Shown here in pieces: positions 1-11,696 of a stretch of DNA of 64,000 bases (positions are counted from its first letter, which is position 1; each line of letters starts with the position of its first letter). The notes beneath the pieces are model-generated. The model ran no database searches. It was not told the DNA's origin and saw nothing but the letters and a program-made list of their open reading frames with translations. The position numbers were made by a program, and so were the translations under genes. The DNA comes from Nymphaea colorata (Eukaryota), in assembly GCF_008831285.2 (NCBI RefSeq), contig NC_045138.2:38626001-38690000 (forward strand), read 5' to 3'.

Positions 1-845
1 ACGCTCACGCCTAGTCTCGCCTATATGTGATTAGGGGTGTCTGCGCCCAGTCCATAAAACTCGAAGAGACACTCATCTAAGTGCTTAAATTGTCACGTGA
101 TTTATGTTTCATATTTCATTGATATTATTATGTAATATTCTGTTTATATCCATCTTCTAATCATGTTTCACTATATTCTGTAAAACTAAAAAGTCTGATT
201 TCTCGTTTCTGTTTCGGATTTTCAGTTAGCTTTTAAGTCGTCATACGATGTCTGTTTCATATTTCATTGATATAATTATGTAATATTCTGTTTTATATCT
301 ATATTCTAATTATGTTTAATTATATTCTGCAAAACTGAAGTCTGATTGCTCATTTCTGTTTCAGACTTTTATCTAACTACTTTGTTACATTATTTCTGTT
401 TCATATGTCATTGATATGATCACATAATATTCTGTTTATACCTATATTCTGATTATGTTTCATTATATTCATATCACTAGGTTTTCTTTGTTATGATTTA
501 TGAATTGAAGTGGACATTTGAGTTAGAAACTTCTTGTATTGATTTTTAGCTTCTTGGATCTTCAAGGCTATAAACTTTACATTTGATATTCCATATACAA
601 ATAAAATATAAATCATATAATATTGACTGCCACTGATTGTTGTTATATCACTATTAGTCATATTATATAACTCAATAGTTAATCACTTAGTGTATATATA
701 TAATAGTTGTTTCCGAACTTTTTAATATATATACATATATTAAGTATTATATAATATTTACTTTATGTAAATACATACAACCATAATGAATTGAACGGTC
801 GCCTAAGTGCCCCCAGGCACCATATCGACTTTATGTAATACACTC
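1..845. mobile_element. Degenerate non-autonomous DNA transposon (probably hAT-type), left end outside the window
   Basis: CGCCTA-type subterminal motifs at 1-22 and ~799-818. AT-rich interior with internal tandem repeats and no coding capacity. Confidence 0.4.
105..470. repeat. Degenerate tandem repeat, ~146-bp unit, about 2.5 copies
   Basis: The unit starting TGTTTCATAT(T/G)TCATTGATA...TAATATTCTGTTT recurs at 105, 253 and 397. Confidence 0.85.
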
Positions 846-1528
846 TCGCCCTTCTTTACTTTATATAAAAGGATATCGAGAAGATAATGGAAAAGGCAAT
901 CTCAGATTGCATTCTCAGTCGGTGGGATGAAAGAACACATTGAACTACCTTACTGCAAAACTACATATGCTATCTCTTTCATAATCACCAAATACATTCT
1001 TACTGTCATGGCGGATTTTAGCACGGTGCCCAAGATGCCACAAAGACAATGGGGACAAGCATCAAGAAAAAAAATGAGGCCTTGTGATTACTTCATATAT
1101 AACCAGATGAAAACAGTGACATAGAGGAAGAGAAAACTATGCATTTCAAGAGAGACATCATCGAATAGCCTTGTAGCATACTGTAAAAACATCACACCAT
1201 ATGACGATAAAAACATAAAGCTCAGTTCTCAAGTACCATTAATAACAAAAACTTTAGGCGACGAGTAAACCAAAGTTACTAGTCGTGTGTACTGGTGCAA
1301 TCATCTGCCCAATTTATCTAGCAAATCCAGCCAGAAGCAATCACAGTAAACCATTGATGTTGGCCACTCATGACCCCTTTCCAATAGCTTTTCAAGATTG
1401 TAAACGATGATTTCTCTCTCCATTTTCCTACCAAAGATATTTTCTTACTGTGGCATGCCACAACTCAAAATCCCTGTATCGCGTCATCCCCTTCTTTCAG
1501 CAACTAACAGCGGCCAGCAGAGAGTCGT

Positions 1529-2107
1529 TTATTCTTCAACCACATTCACAAGTTCATACTCAACTAGGGAAAGATTGTTATCTTCTTTAACTATGAATTC
1601 AGCAGGATCAGTGACCTCCACACGGCCCCATTTATCAACGGCCAGCCTCATTGACCCTTTGAACATGTCGATTTTTGCATTCCTCAGTATTACAGTTGCA
1701 TCAGGTTTCATCAGATCCACTGGAGAAGAACAAAAGGTAATAAACCGTGAGGTCGAGGAGGATAATTAACAAAATCAAAAATGAGGAAAATGGATGATTA
1801 AATATTAGTCATCCCTATAATACCCTATCCTTCCCAGAGTAAAACATAATTAACATAGACAACATATTCAATCATGAATGCCATGTAGCATCGTTAGAAT
1901 ATGGCAACATTCAGAAAAGGTATGGTGTTTTAACGTGCCTCCACGCTACATCACCTGAGTGGAGGTGCACAGGTGCGGATCAGGCAATTTTTTTAAAAAA
2001 AAAATAGGTAAGGGTGTAGCGAGCTATGTTACAAGGGTGCAGGGTGTGGATGCGAGATGCAACAAGTTCCAAAAAAAATTGGATGCAGGGGTGCAACGAC
2101 AGCATAA

Positions 2108-2143
<36 letters not shown>

Positions 2144-5100
2144 ATCTGTTATATATAAGTAATTTTATTTGTCTATATTTTTAAACTTTTTTAATGAAGG
2201 TTACCTTAATCTCATATAAAATTCAAAGTTTTATTAAATAAAATAGGGAATGAAAGAGAGAAGAAGAGGGGAAAAAGGAAGACGACATGATAGGAACAGG
2301 AAAAAAAAGAAAAAAAAAAGGAAAAGAAGAACGGGTGCAGTCAGCAGCACCCGACTTGGTTTGACTGAGTCGGGTGCTGTGTCAGGCCACCCACACCCGA
2401 ATCGACGCAGGTGCACCACGATATTTGCGCACCCATGTGACTTAGGCGGCGAGGGTGAAAGGGTGTATACAAATGTGTGTAAAACATTTTTTACATAGTT
2501 ATTTAACTGTTTAGTTGCCTTATTTATATTTAACTTTGTATTAAAGATAATTTAGTTATGTCCACATTTAAAATGGTCAGTTCTGACTCGGTTCGGTAAG
2601 CCGAACCGAATGTGCTATGTCAGAGAAGCACCAGCATACACATGGGTGCAGCTGCCATTTAGAAGCACCCATGCGACATAGTCTCCAGGTGGTAAAACCA
2701 ACAAATCAACTCCTGAAGCTTACCCAATGCAAGATAGGAGGGGAAAGACAGTATGAGAGAAGATATGCAGAGAAAAAAAAAAGATGCTTTAAAAAATGGA
2801 GAATTTTCCTAGGAGAAATTTAGAACAGCATATTGTACTGTTTTGATGCCTGCTGTCATTGTACTGTTTTGACGCCTAAAGTGTCCTATAGCCTCCGATT
2901 TGCACGATATTCAGTTGCATGAGTAAGACCTCCTAAAATAGCATCATGCAGAAAGGTATATGCCCGTTTATTATCTACTGAATTTTAGTTTCTATCAAGA
3001 AATTTTTAACAAACTAAATTAAATTAATATTTAAATAATCAAAACAAATAAAAGAACAACTAAGCCATGCTTTTCCAAGACAAGGCCAGACAATAAGAAC
3101 TCGGGTCGTTTTCAGAGGATGATTTTCATCACACAGTTTCTTTCGCCATAGACCTGTATTAACTTATCTTCCTGCAAGGAACTTGAAATTATCTGTAACT
3201 GTCGGGGATTCAGGTAAGTGGATTGGGTTGTATCCATACCAACTTTGGATAGACAGCTATCCATTTTCAGGTGTTTCTGGGCTTTGGAGGATCTTTATTC
3301 CCAATATACAAGCTAAAGTTTTCCTGTTCTTCCATCGCATTTATAGCAGTTATGAGAAATACTTTATTATTGTCATTCTGTGTTGCAGATAAGCAGCCAC
3401 TTCCAGAAGATGTGAATCAGCAGCATCGATGCACACAATTTTTTGCATGCTGAAATGAAGTTAAGTGGAGCCATGGATTGGAAGAGACTAATAAAAAGTT
3501 AAATTGACTCATAAAGCCATTACTTCATAGAATCACTCAATGCACAGAGGCTTGGAACATGGAATGAACTGTACTTTGGGAATAAACTGCATTAATACCG
3601 TTGATGAAGACAGCGAGCAAGAAAACGTCCTAGTACAAAAGTTCATTGAAGATAGAAAATTTAAGCGTAAAATGTAATATCAAGTAAAAAATGTCAATAG
3701 ACTTAAAAACATGTGCAATTCTCAAAAAAATTACTTAGACCTCCATATGCTTACAAAACACAATGATTGAATACTCAAAGAATAAAAGAACAGTTCATTT
3801 GCTGAGTATAAGAATTATTTGCTTTGCTTATCATTGTCAGAGATGCAACATCAGCTTAAACTGATTAAAGAGGGACCCTACAAAAGACAAAGCATTTTCT
3901 TGAAATATTTTGAAGACCAGTTGCTCATTGACTGCTAAATGTCGAAGATCCCACTGACTACTACTGACTTCTGCAACATTTGTCAAAAATGCCTATGATA
4001 TGGTGATCTCTCAAAAGTTTAAAACTAGCGTGCTCCAGATTAAGGCAAGCACCTATACGGATATACCTACTAATTCTGAGAAGAAATGGCATTTTGCAAT
4101 TTTTATATCCGTGACTTCTCAGAGTATCTCAGATGCAGCAACAGTGCGACCATGCAAGACAGCTCAAAAGAAATTGGACATTCAAAGAAAATATAAAGTG
4201 AAAATATAACGTTTGCTCCAAGTTAAGATCATTAAATAATAAATAATCTATTTGTTTCCACCACTGTTGGTATAGATGCAAGGTGAAGCCAGTCAAAACC
4301 ACATCTCAACCAACCACCAGCAAGGAAAACAAAAAAAAGAAATTGCACTTTTCTTTTTATATTCAGCAGATTGCAGGCCATTTTCAGACACCTGCAAGGC
4401 AGGAAATGGACCAGCCATCATTGCCCGTGTTGAGCAACCAGGCCTGCACATATCCTGGCTAAGAGTTCATCTCACAGCATTTTTCTGCTTTTCTTTACAG
4501 CTTGGTTGGCAAAATCCCTACTAGTTGGTTGAGACAGTTATCAACTGGCATATGTTTCAAACCAGCGATTAGTTGGTACTTAGTTAAACTAGTCAACTAG
4601 AGTAGTCAGCCTAGTTGTTGGTCGGCTGACTAACACACCCACATTTATATAGAATTCATAAATATATATGTTTCTGTAATTCTTTTCCATATAAATATAT
4701 GTATTGCTTATCTATTTGTTAATCAACCTCGACTGAGTTGAACTGGCCAATTCTGGTTAGTCTCTTTAGGGTCTCAAACAACCAGTGTCCAACTTCTGAT
4801 TCCCATGATTCAGTTCTACAAGAAATTGTCAAGACCAAGTAACCCACATCAAAAAACCATAATGAGCAGTGAGCCAGGAAAGAGCCATCAAATTCTTCTT
4901 CTTTTCTTTTTGATAAGATGAATTTAGGGTCTTTTTTCTTTATTTTTTTAACACAATGGTCACAATGAATCTTGCTGGTTGTAAAAGTGTAAAGTCACTT
5001 TACAGAAGAAATAACTGGATACTGACTAAAGTGATTGGAAAAAAAAAATAGAAAAGGAATGAAGAGTAGTACCACCGTCAGAACTAAAATATTACATCAT

Positions 5101-6198
5101 CAAGAAATCTTATGAAACTCTATGTACTTTAAACATGCTGCCTAGGCGGTCTTACTCACAACATAACAAAGGGGAAAAAATAAAAAGGGAGAAAAAAGGA
5201 GGAACAAGATTCAAACTGAGGGTTTTCAAAAAAATCCACCTCAATCAATATGCTGGAAGGTAGAAGAAACAAGAAATAAATAATTTTTAAGATATGTCTT
5301 TTTTAAAACCATATTTTTGTGTTTGAATTGATTCAATTGAACTGCTAGGTACCTCAAATATATGTGTTTAGGGTACTGTCTAGCGCCTAGGCAGGATCCT
5401 AAGTGTGCTTTCCACTTGTAATCTGGTTATGCTTCTGGAACATATTGATGCAATGATTGCAATCCAATCTTCCCAAATTCAGCTTGAATCAGCCAATGGG
5501 TTGGTGGCAAAATAGTTTGATTCAGTTGCTGATTCAGTAGTGCCACATGTAACGCTTTGTTCATTTACTATTAATATTATTTTTATTTTTATTGTTATTA
5601 TTATTTAATTCTTCAAAGTTTTCCTTCTTAAAAGTTTCCCTTTTAATTTTAATAACGTCAGAACAAAGCCTTCTTTTTCACTTTTCATGAACATCAATTT
5701 GCAATTGTCATTGATATATATAGTATTATTTTTTGCCGCTCCAATTTAATTCACCTGATCCTGGGCAGCGGCTTGATTTGATTCAAAAATTGATTTTATT
5801 GGCACTGCCGCAATATACAAAGACCATGCAGGAGCTGCATTTACTCCTTCTCCAAGGCCCCCAATAGACAGATTTTCCCAACTCTTTGATATAAACAATA
5901 GCATAGACATCAGTGCAAAGTGCAAACAGCCAGAATAAGCAATTAAACAACTCAAAAGCTCTATGGCGCCATTACCTTGCTCATTCCTGGCAGTGAAGAC
6001 AATACTTCCAGTCTCATCTCCAACCAAGCATTCAGCAATACGCATCTGGCGAACAAGTGGTCTATCAGGACGACCTTTCTGTAATACCATGTTGGAGCTC
6101 ACGACCTTCACTGTCAGCGTATGGCCGCCAGTCCCAGGCCTGAGCTGATCAACCTTAGTGAAAACAGGTTTCCTCATTCCAGGTTTTGCTTGAGACAT
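1529..6198 (-). CDS. Small OB-fold nucleic-acid-binding protein (At4g28440/At1g23750-like), 137 aa
   Basis: Exons complement(5976..6198, 1529..1719) with a 4.26-kb GT-AG phase-1 intron. The joined frame reads MSQAKPGMRKPVFTKVDQLRPGTGGHTLTVKVV...ECLVGDETGSIVFTARNEQ|VDLMKPDATVILRNAKIDMFKGSMRLAVDKWGRVEV...NNLSLVEYELVNVVEE, typical of this plant family. Probable 5'UTR intron between the acceptor at 6216 and a donor near 7364. Confidence 0.93.
1946..2445. mobile_element. MITE with CTA(A/T)GTCAC-type termini and GGTGC(A/G) subterminal repeats, in the OB-fold gene intron
   Basis: Ends with CGCACCCATGTGACTTAG. Many GGTGC motifs in the left half are mirrored by GCACC motifs in the right half, around a central (TA)n. 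No TSD recognised. Confidence 0.6.
2615..2681. mobile_element. 67-bp miniature derivative of the same MITE family
   Basis: TIR CTATGTC...GACATAG and internal inverted repeat CATGGGTGC/GCACCCATG. Confidence 0.5.
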
Positions 6199-7269
6199 TG
6201 TGCTTTGACAAATCCCTAGTTCCGTCCATAAGAAAGACACATTACGTACAATGTCATTACAGCAACAAGAACCAAAAACTTATTGACAACTATCGAGGCA
6301 TAATAAACGAGAAAATTTGAAAGAACAAGAACATGAAACACTTGACAAATAAATCAACTGCAAAAAGAAGCCAAAAGTTAAAGTCGTCTCAATGAATATC
6401 ACAATGAAAAGAAAAGGAGACGAATATATACAAAAGCAGGGCAATTTGCAAGCCCACAAGGCACTCAGAAAGGTTAGCTTTAGGGCTTTGCTCGTTAGAT
6501 CAAAGCCCTCGCAAAGCCTTGTCCAACTAAATTTTGACAGGCAAAGCCCACAAAGCATACCAGAATCGGTTTGATGGAATTAAGGCTTCACAAGATAGAC
6601 TCATGCTACACATTTAAAGACACCGGAGGCGACAGTGACCATAACAGGTAAAAGTAATGCACAGTAACCAGTTCATCAACCAAATCTAACGGAAATGGAA
6701 GATCAGCAGCAACAATAACCAGCAAACCAACAGATCTAGCCAGAAATGTCTTAACAAAATTGCACAACTAGAGAACACATCCATCCTTCAAGGAGAAAAA
6801 ATCGTAAAACTACATTACCAAACAACCAGCATTGGAACATCCAAATTCGAAATTTTCATCAAAGTAACCCTTGAAATTTTAGAAAAGAATAAGCTGACAC
6901 CAGGAACATCCACACTAAGAACAAGAACGTCGGTCACATCAACCGAACCTCCAATCCAGTGATCCTAGAACCCCATGAAAAAAAAAAAAAACAAAGGACA
7001 AACCATGACAGCCGAAAAATTTCAATCAAAACTTAAAAGCTGAAAAAAAGATTGATCAGCCTTCACCACAAAATGGATTCACAAGGTGCCGCCGACAAAA
7101 ACACCGACTCGACTTCGCACGACAAATTTAGCCGCCCCTACCCCCACCCCAGATTAAACTAGCAGAACCTAATGAAAATGCCCATGATTCGACACGACGT
7201 AAACTGGCATCAGAATGAAACAAACGATTAAAACAAACAAACAACAACAACAACAACAGAAGCAGAGCA

Positions 7270-7278
7270 AAACCCTAA
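7270..7278. promoter_or_regulatory. Telo-box (AAACCCTAA) in the leader/first intron of the OB-fold gene
   Basis: Exact AAACCCTAA close to the inferred 5' end of the gene. Function is inferred only. Confidence 0.4.
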
Positions 7279-9544
7279 ACCTGCAGACCGATGAAGGGCA
7301 CAAATCGAGATCACGAAAAAGAAGAGGACTGCAACGGATTAAGGAGGCAAGATTAAACTTTTACCTCGGGACAGTAAGCAAATCGAACGAGATGAGACGA
7401 AATGGTCAGACTCCAAAAACGAAAATGTACTTCTAGAGGAAGGAAGCAGGAGGAGGAGGCCATCAGAGTCGCCTTAAGAAAGAAAAAGAGCGCTCCCTCT
7501 GTACCGTCCGATCCAACGGTATCGACGGCGGTCCACCCACCTTCCATTCTCGTCCGTCCATCTTCTCTCCCCACCACGGCTGGGAAAAAAAGAAAGGCGT
7601 TTCTGGGAAGTGGGAACCCGTATCGATTCCACGGTCCCAGAAATGCCCAACCACTCTCAATAAATTACAGCTCTTGAATCGCGTCGATCGCTTGCTTGGA
7701 GAAAAGTCGACGGTTTGGATTTGAGATTTTGGATCCACCGAATAGATCTAATTCGTTCAGTAATTGATCCGGGTCCCGTACCCAAAATTTGCGTTTGGAT
7801 ATGTAAGCAGATCCAAATATGGTCTGGATCTGGCAGATATTCCAAGTCCAATACACATGTATCGTATCCAATTTATCTAGTATCCAAATCAAGGTTTGGT
7901 TAAGCTAAAACTAGATTTGTGATGTTTGCTCGCGCCATGCAATGAAAATGTGTTTCGAGGGATATAGCATATTTGATCGGCTGCCTATGTGCGAACATCT
8001 TCAATTAAATTAGATTTTTTTTTGTGTTATTCTTTGACTGCAATCAGTGACATGCACAACATTCGAATTAAAGTATATAATGTGAACGCAATGGAATTCA
8101 ATAAAGTGGTGTGAAGAATAAAGTAAAATTAAAGGGAGGAATGGAATTTTTTAAAAGGAGAATTTGCTACCCACATTATAGAATTGAATGTATGCTATCG
8201 TCTCATTGATGCGCAAACATAGCAACTATGTAAATCGAATCAGCTGAATATTGAGTTATATAACTACTAAATAAAAATTTTGAAAATTTTTTAACAGGGT
8301 CAACCCCGATTTTTCTTTTAGTTTTATGGGGACAAACTAAAATTTATGAAAAATTTAACACAGAAATTGAATAATGGCCAACACGTCGAACTTGTCAGGG
8401 TAAGGGTAAGAAGAGATGCTGAATAAAAAATTTGATTTTTCAACAATGCATAAATTAAAATAAGGTCTATCTGGGGCAATGCATCATATTGGCTCTTGGG
8501 TTACTCTAGGAGTTGCCATCTTTGAAACTAGAGAGACAATTTGTCAAGCTGAAAATTTTGTCGTGAAAAAAATGCAAACACGAGTATGACAGTCTTTTCA
8601 ATAAACAAAAAACTCGAGTACTTGGATTCAATATTTCGAGAAAACTAAATTGCTTTTAAATTATAGAAGAGATGAGTCCATCCTTGGGAACATCTCGCAT
8701 CAACCTTATAAAATCGAGCATTTGAGATAAGTGATTTATTGGACATCATATCATGATGATCCATGGTTTGCGGGGCTCTATGTGTAAAATTACTTTACAA
8801 ATATAAATTTATGTTGTAGTTTACCTTATATAGAAATGTAACTGCTACTACTTTATTAGTCATCAATCAAGTTGATTGAGCATATTACATATAATATATG
8901 TGTCACATGAATATGCTCCAAATATTAAAGTAAGTTAATTAGTTATCAAACGACTCATAAGGGCCTGTCAAACAACCTTTTAAGGAAAATTTAGTAACAC
9001 GATTACCATGTTAATGAACCCATTTAGATGTTTGGGTTTGCTCTAATCTTCGGGTTAGATTCATTGAACAATTCTCCCTCTATGGGATGAACAATACATG
9101 AGGTCGTTTAGATAGGATCATTGTTCAGTTACCTAATGGTAGCGAGTTGCGCGGTTGCAGTGAGAGACGACACCTCGCCTTCTACCCCTCTTTTTATTTT
9201 AATTTAAAAAATGAATTTCAATAAAGAGAGAAAATTTGTTATTAGTTTGAATGAATATTTTAATATTCTGTTTATGAACATAACAGGTGTCCCCATGTTG
9301 AAAATGGCCAAAATACATTTATTAGTTAAATGGATGACCCTTCCCCATAAATGCCAAAATATAATTTAATTTGTTTCTTATAAAATTACCAAGTGCCCCT
9401 GCAATAAAATATGGGAACATTCATTCTCATTTTAATTGCATAATATGGAAAGCACCTTCGGCCGCAAGCAGATTATATGTTATGCCCTCTATTTGATGTG
9501 TTGATGCTGCTGTTGTTTATTAATATATAATATGTTATGGCTCT

Positions 9545-9714
9545 TAGGGGCAAAGCCAAAGTGCAGAGGCCCTGGCTCATCCTCAAAAAATAATTTTAAA
9601 AAAAAAAATCATTTATTATATGTAACAGTTTTAAAAAATTATATTTTGACCATGGTTAAAAAATTTGAAACTATAATTAGTTCATTTCATGAAAAAAATT
9701 TTGATCCACCTCTT
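9545..9714. mobile_element. hAT-type MITE (CAGGGGCGGAGCC-like family), degenerate
   Basis: Begins TAGGGGCAAAGCC and ends GATCCACCTCTT. Flanks ATGGCTCT / ATGGCACC look like a decayed 8-bp TSD. The interior resembles 55013-55202. Confidence 0.6.
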
Positions 9715-9926
9715 ATGGCACCTATTCCCATTTTTTTTTCTATATATATTTATGTCCAATAATTAACATAAATCGCCCGTCATCTAAAATCGGAGACTAT
9801 CAAGCGCATTCATGGTGTATTATAGTTTATAATTAGTAAAAAAATGCAACGTCATCAATATCCAATTTGGAATGGGTGAAGAATGTTATTCTACGTAGCT
9901 ATCACCATATTTAACTAATCAAATAT

Positions 9927-10193
9927 TAGGGATCGATATCGGGCACGGGTACCTGGCTTGGACCTTAAAAAATCAGTTCGGGTCGGCCCGATAAGGTATC
10001 GGGCCAGTCCAATAAGGTCTGATTCAGCTCGAATTATTTTTATTTAATAATATATATATATATATTATTTTATATTTAAAAATATTGTTTTTTATTTTAG
10101 TCTGGCTAAGCCCAGACTCAAAAGTTGGGTATCAAACCGAGGTCAAAATCGATTTTCAGGTGTTGGGGTGACCCGGCCCGATGCCTAAGCCTA
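9927..10193. mobile_element. hAT-type MITE with CGGCCCG subterminal repeats, degenerate
   Basis: TAGGGATCGATATCGGGC...CCGGCCCGATGCCTAAGCCTA with an AT-rich core. Same layout as the intact copy at 53407-53709. Confidence 0.65.
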
Positions 10194-11058
10194 TAAGCCT
10201 ATCCTGACTAATTTTAAGTCAAATTGAATTAAATGAGGTATTTGACAACATGAATACCAACACAATGTTCCAACAAATACACTTTGTGTTAGTGTTCTTG
10301 TTGCCAACGCTCCCAAAAAATACAAATTTAGATTTCCACATTAGATATCCATATTATCCACAACTGGATATCCATGGGATGTCGATGGAAATGTTTTTAT
10401 TTTTTGTCACATTTAAATATTATTAATTGTAGATATTTTTTTCATTAAAAAAATCCGCTAATAAAAAAAAAAAAACACAATTGGATGTAAATAGAAATGC
10501 GGGCTAGCCAAGCCAGCTGGGCCAGGCATTATCTTTCGTGGCAGAGTTGTTGCTGTGTCCTCAACTTTTCGGAGTAAAGCCATTGGCCGTTTCAGATTTA
10601 TCAGGATAAGGCTTCTTCAAAAATTCATATACGCATTTATTTCTTGCAATAGACAACTAGCTTGTTTTTTTTTTTTTTTGGGACTTAGTAATAGTAACTT
10701 TTCTTTTTATTCGAGAAAAATATCCAAAATAATAAATTCACGTGATAAAAATATAACCGAAACATTGAAAAATATCAAGTGCAAAAAAAAAAAAAAAACT
10801 TACAATTCCTTCAAAAAAATGGACTCATAAGTTCATACCAGGATACAATGGACTCGTATGAATTTTACCATTATAAGTCTAATTTGCAATGTCGTTTTTG
10901 AACACCAGGTTATCGAAAAAAGTTATGATAATTTTAGCATTATATTTGGCGTCAAGCAAAAGGGTGTTAGGTAGAATGGGTAGACGGCATGAGATCAAAT
11001 TGAAGGTCAGATATATGATTGTTTCTCAGATTTGAGATCAATGACATCACCTTTGTAA

Positions 11059-11231
11059 GGATGTGTTTGAGATTCATGAATTTAAGGTCGGACCCTCCTC
11101 CAATTCGACTTAATTAAATCCATAGTTTTTACTCGTAATATGGATTTGAGATGTATGTCAATGAGATGAGCAGTTTAAGATCTTCTAAACCACGTCTTTT
11201 AATGCAGCTTTGGCTCTCATCAAACGCCATC
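11059..11231. mobile_element. Tourist/PIF-Harbinger-like MITE upstream of CYP38
   Basis: Imperfect TIR GGATGTGTTTGA...TCAAACGCCATC, flanked by TAA on both sides. Confidence 0.5.
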
Positions 11232-11417
11232 TAAGTGTCTTAAAATCACAATTCTAAAGGCAGACTCTCTCTCCCATTGAAATAGTGAGAGGGAGATCTA
11301 ACTTTTCGTTCACTCGATTTTGAAGTTTAAGTACATTTTAGTGAGAACACAAAAGGAAAACAGAACAAAAGAAGAAGATCCATTTTGTTAACTTTGCAAT
11401 AACGGCAGTATCCACGA

Positions 11418-11690
11418 GGATAAGGTAATCAATGGAGTGGCCGCTTAGGAGGAAAAACCTCGGCGGTCATCAGTCCAGGGTACCCAGGTGCTCTGATCGG
11501 CGGGAGCACACATCATCATCTGGTCGATTGATTGGTAATCGCATGTCGTAATCCAACGATCAAGTTGAACAGTTTGGAGCTGCGATCTCATGCAACCTTA
11601 CCGCTTAACTTATCCAAACTGGGGATATGCACACAGAAAAGCCGAGCGGGAGAGCGAGCGAGAGAGAGAAACAGAGAGAGAGAGAGAGAG
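11418..11690 (+). promoter_or_regulatory. CYP38 proximal promoter/leader with I-box motifs and a GA-repeat
   Basis: GGATAAGG at 11418, CTTATCC at 11609 and (GA)n at ~11648-11690 just before the ATG. I-boxes are common in photosynthesis-associated nuclear genes. Confidence 0.4.
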
Positions 11691-11696
11691 GTGTGA

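Noticed and set aside
105..470. Regularly spaced repeats resembling a CRISPR array
   Set aside because: The whole ~146-bp unit is repeated with no unique spacers. Eukaryotic context and no cas genes.
7700..7900. GGATC/GATCC-rich tracts and their overlapping ORFs (similar tracts at ~38.4-38.7, 42.6-42.9, 52.8-53.2 and 58.1-58.3 kb)
   Set aside because: Probably decayed MITEs, but termini and TSDs could not be defined. The ORFs are not credible.
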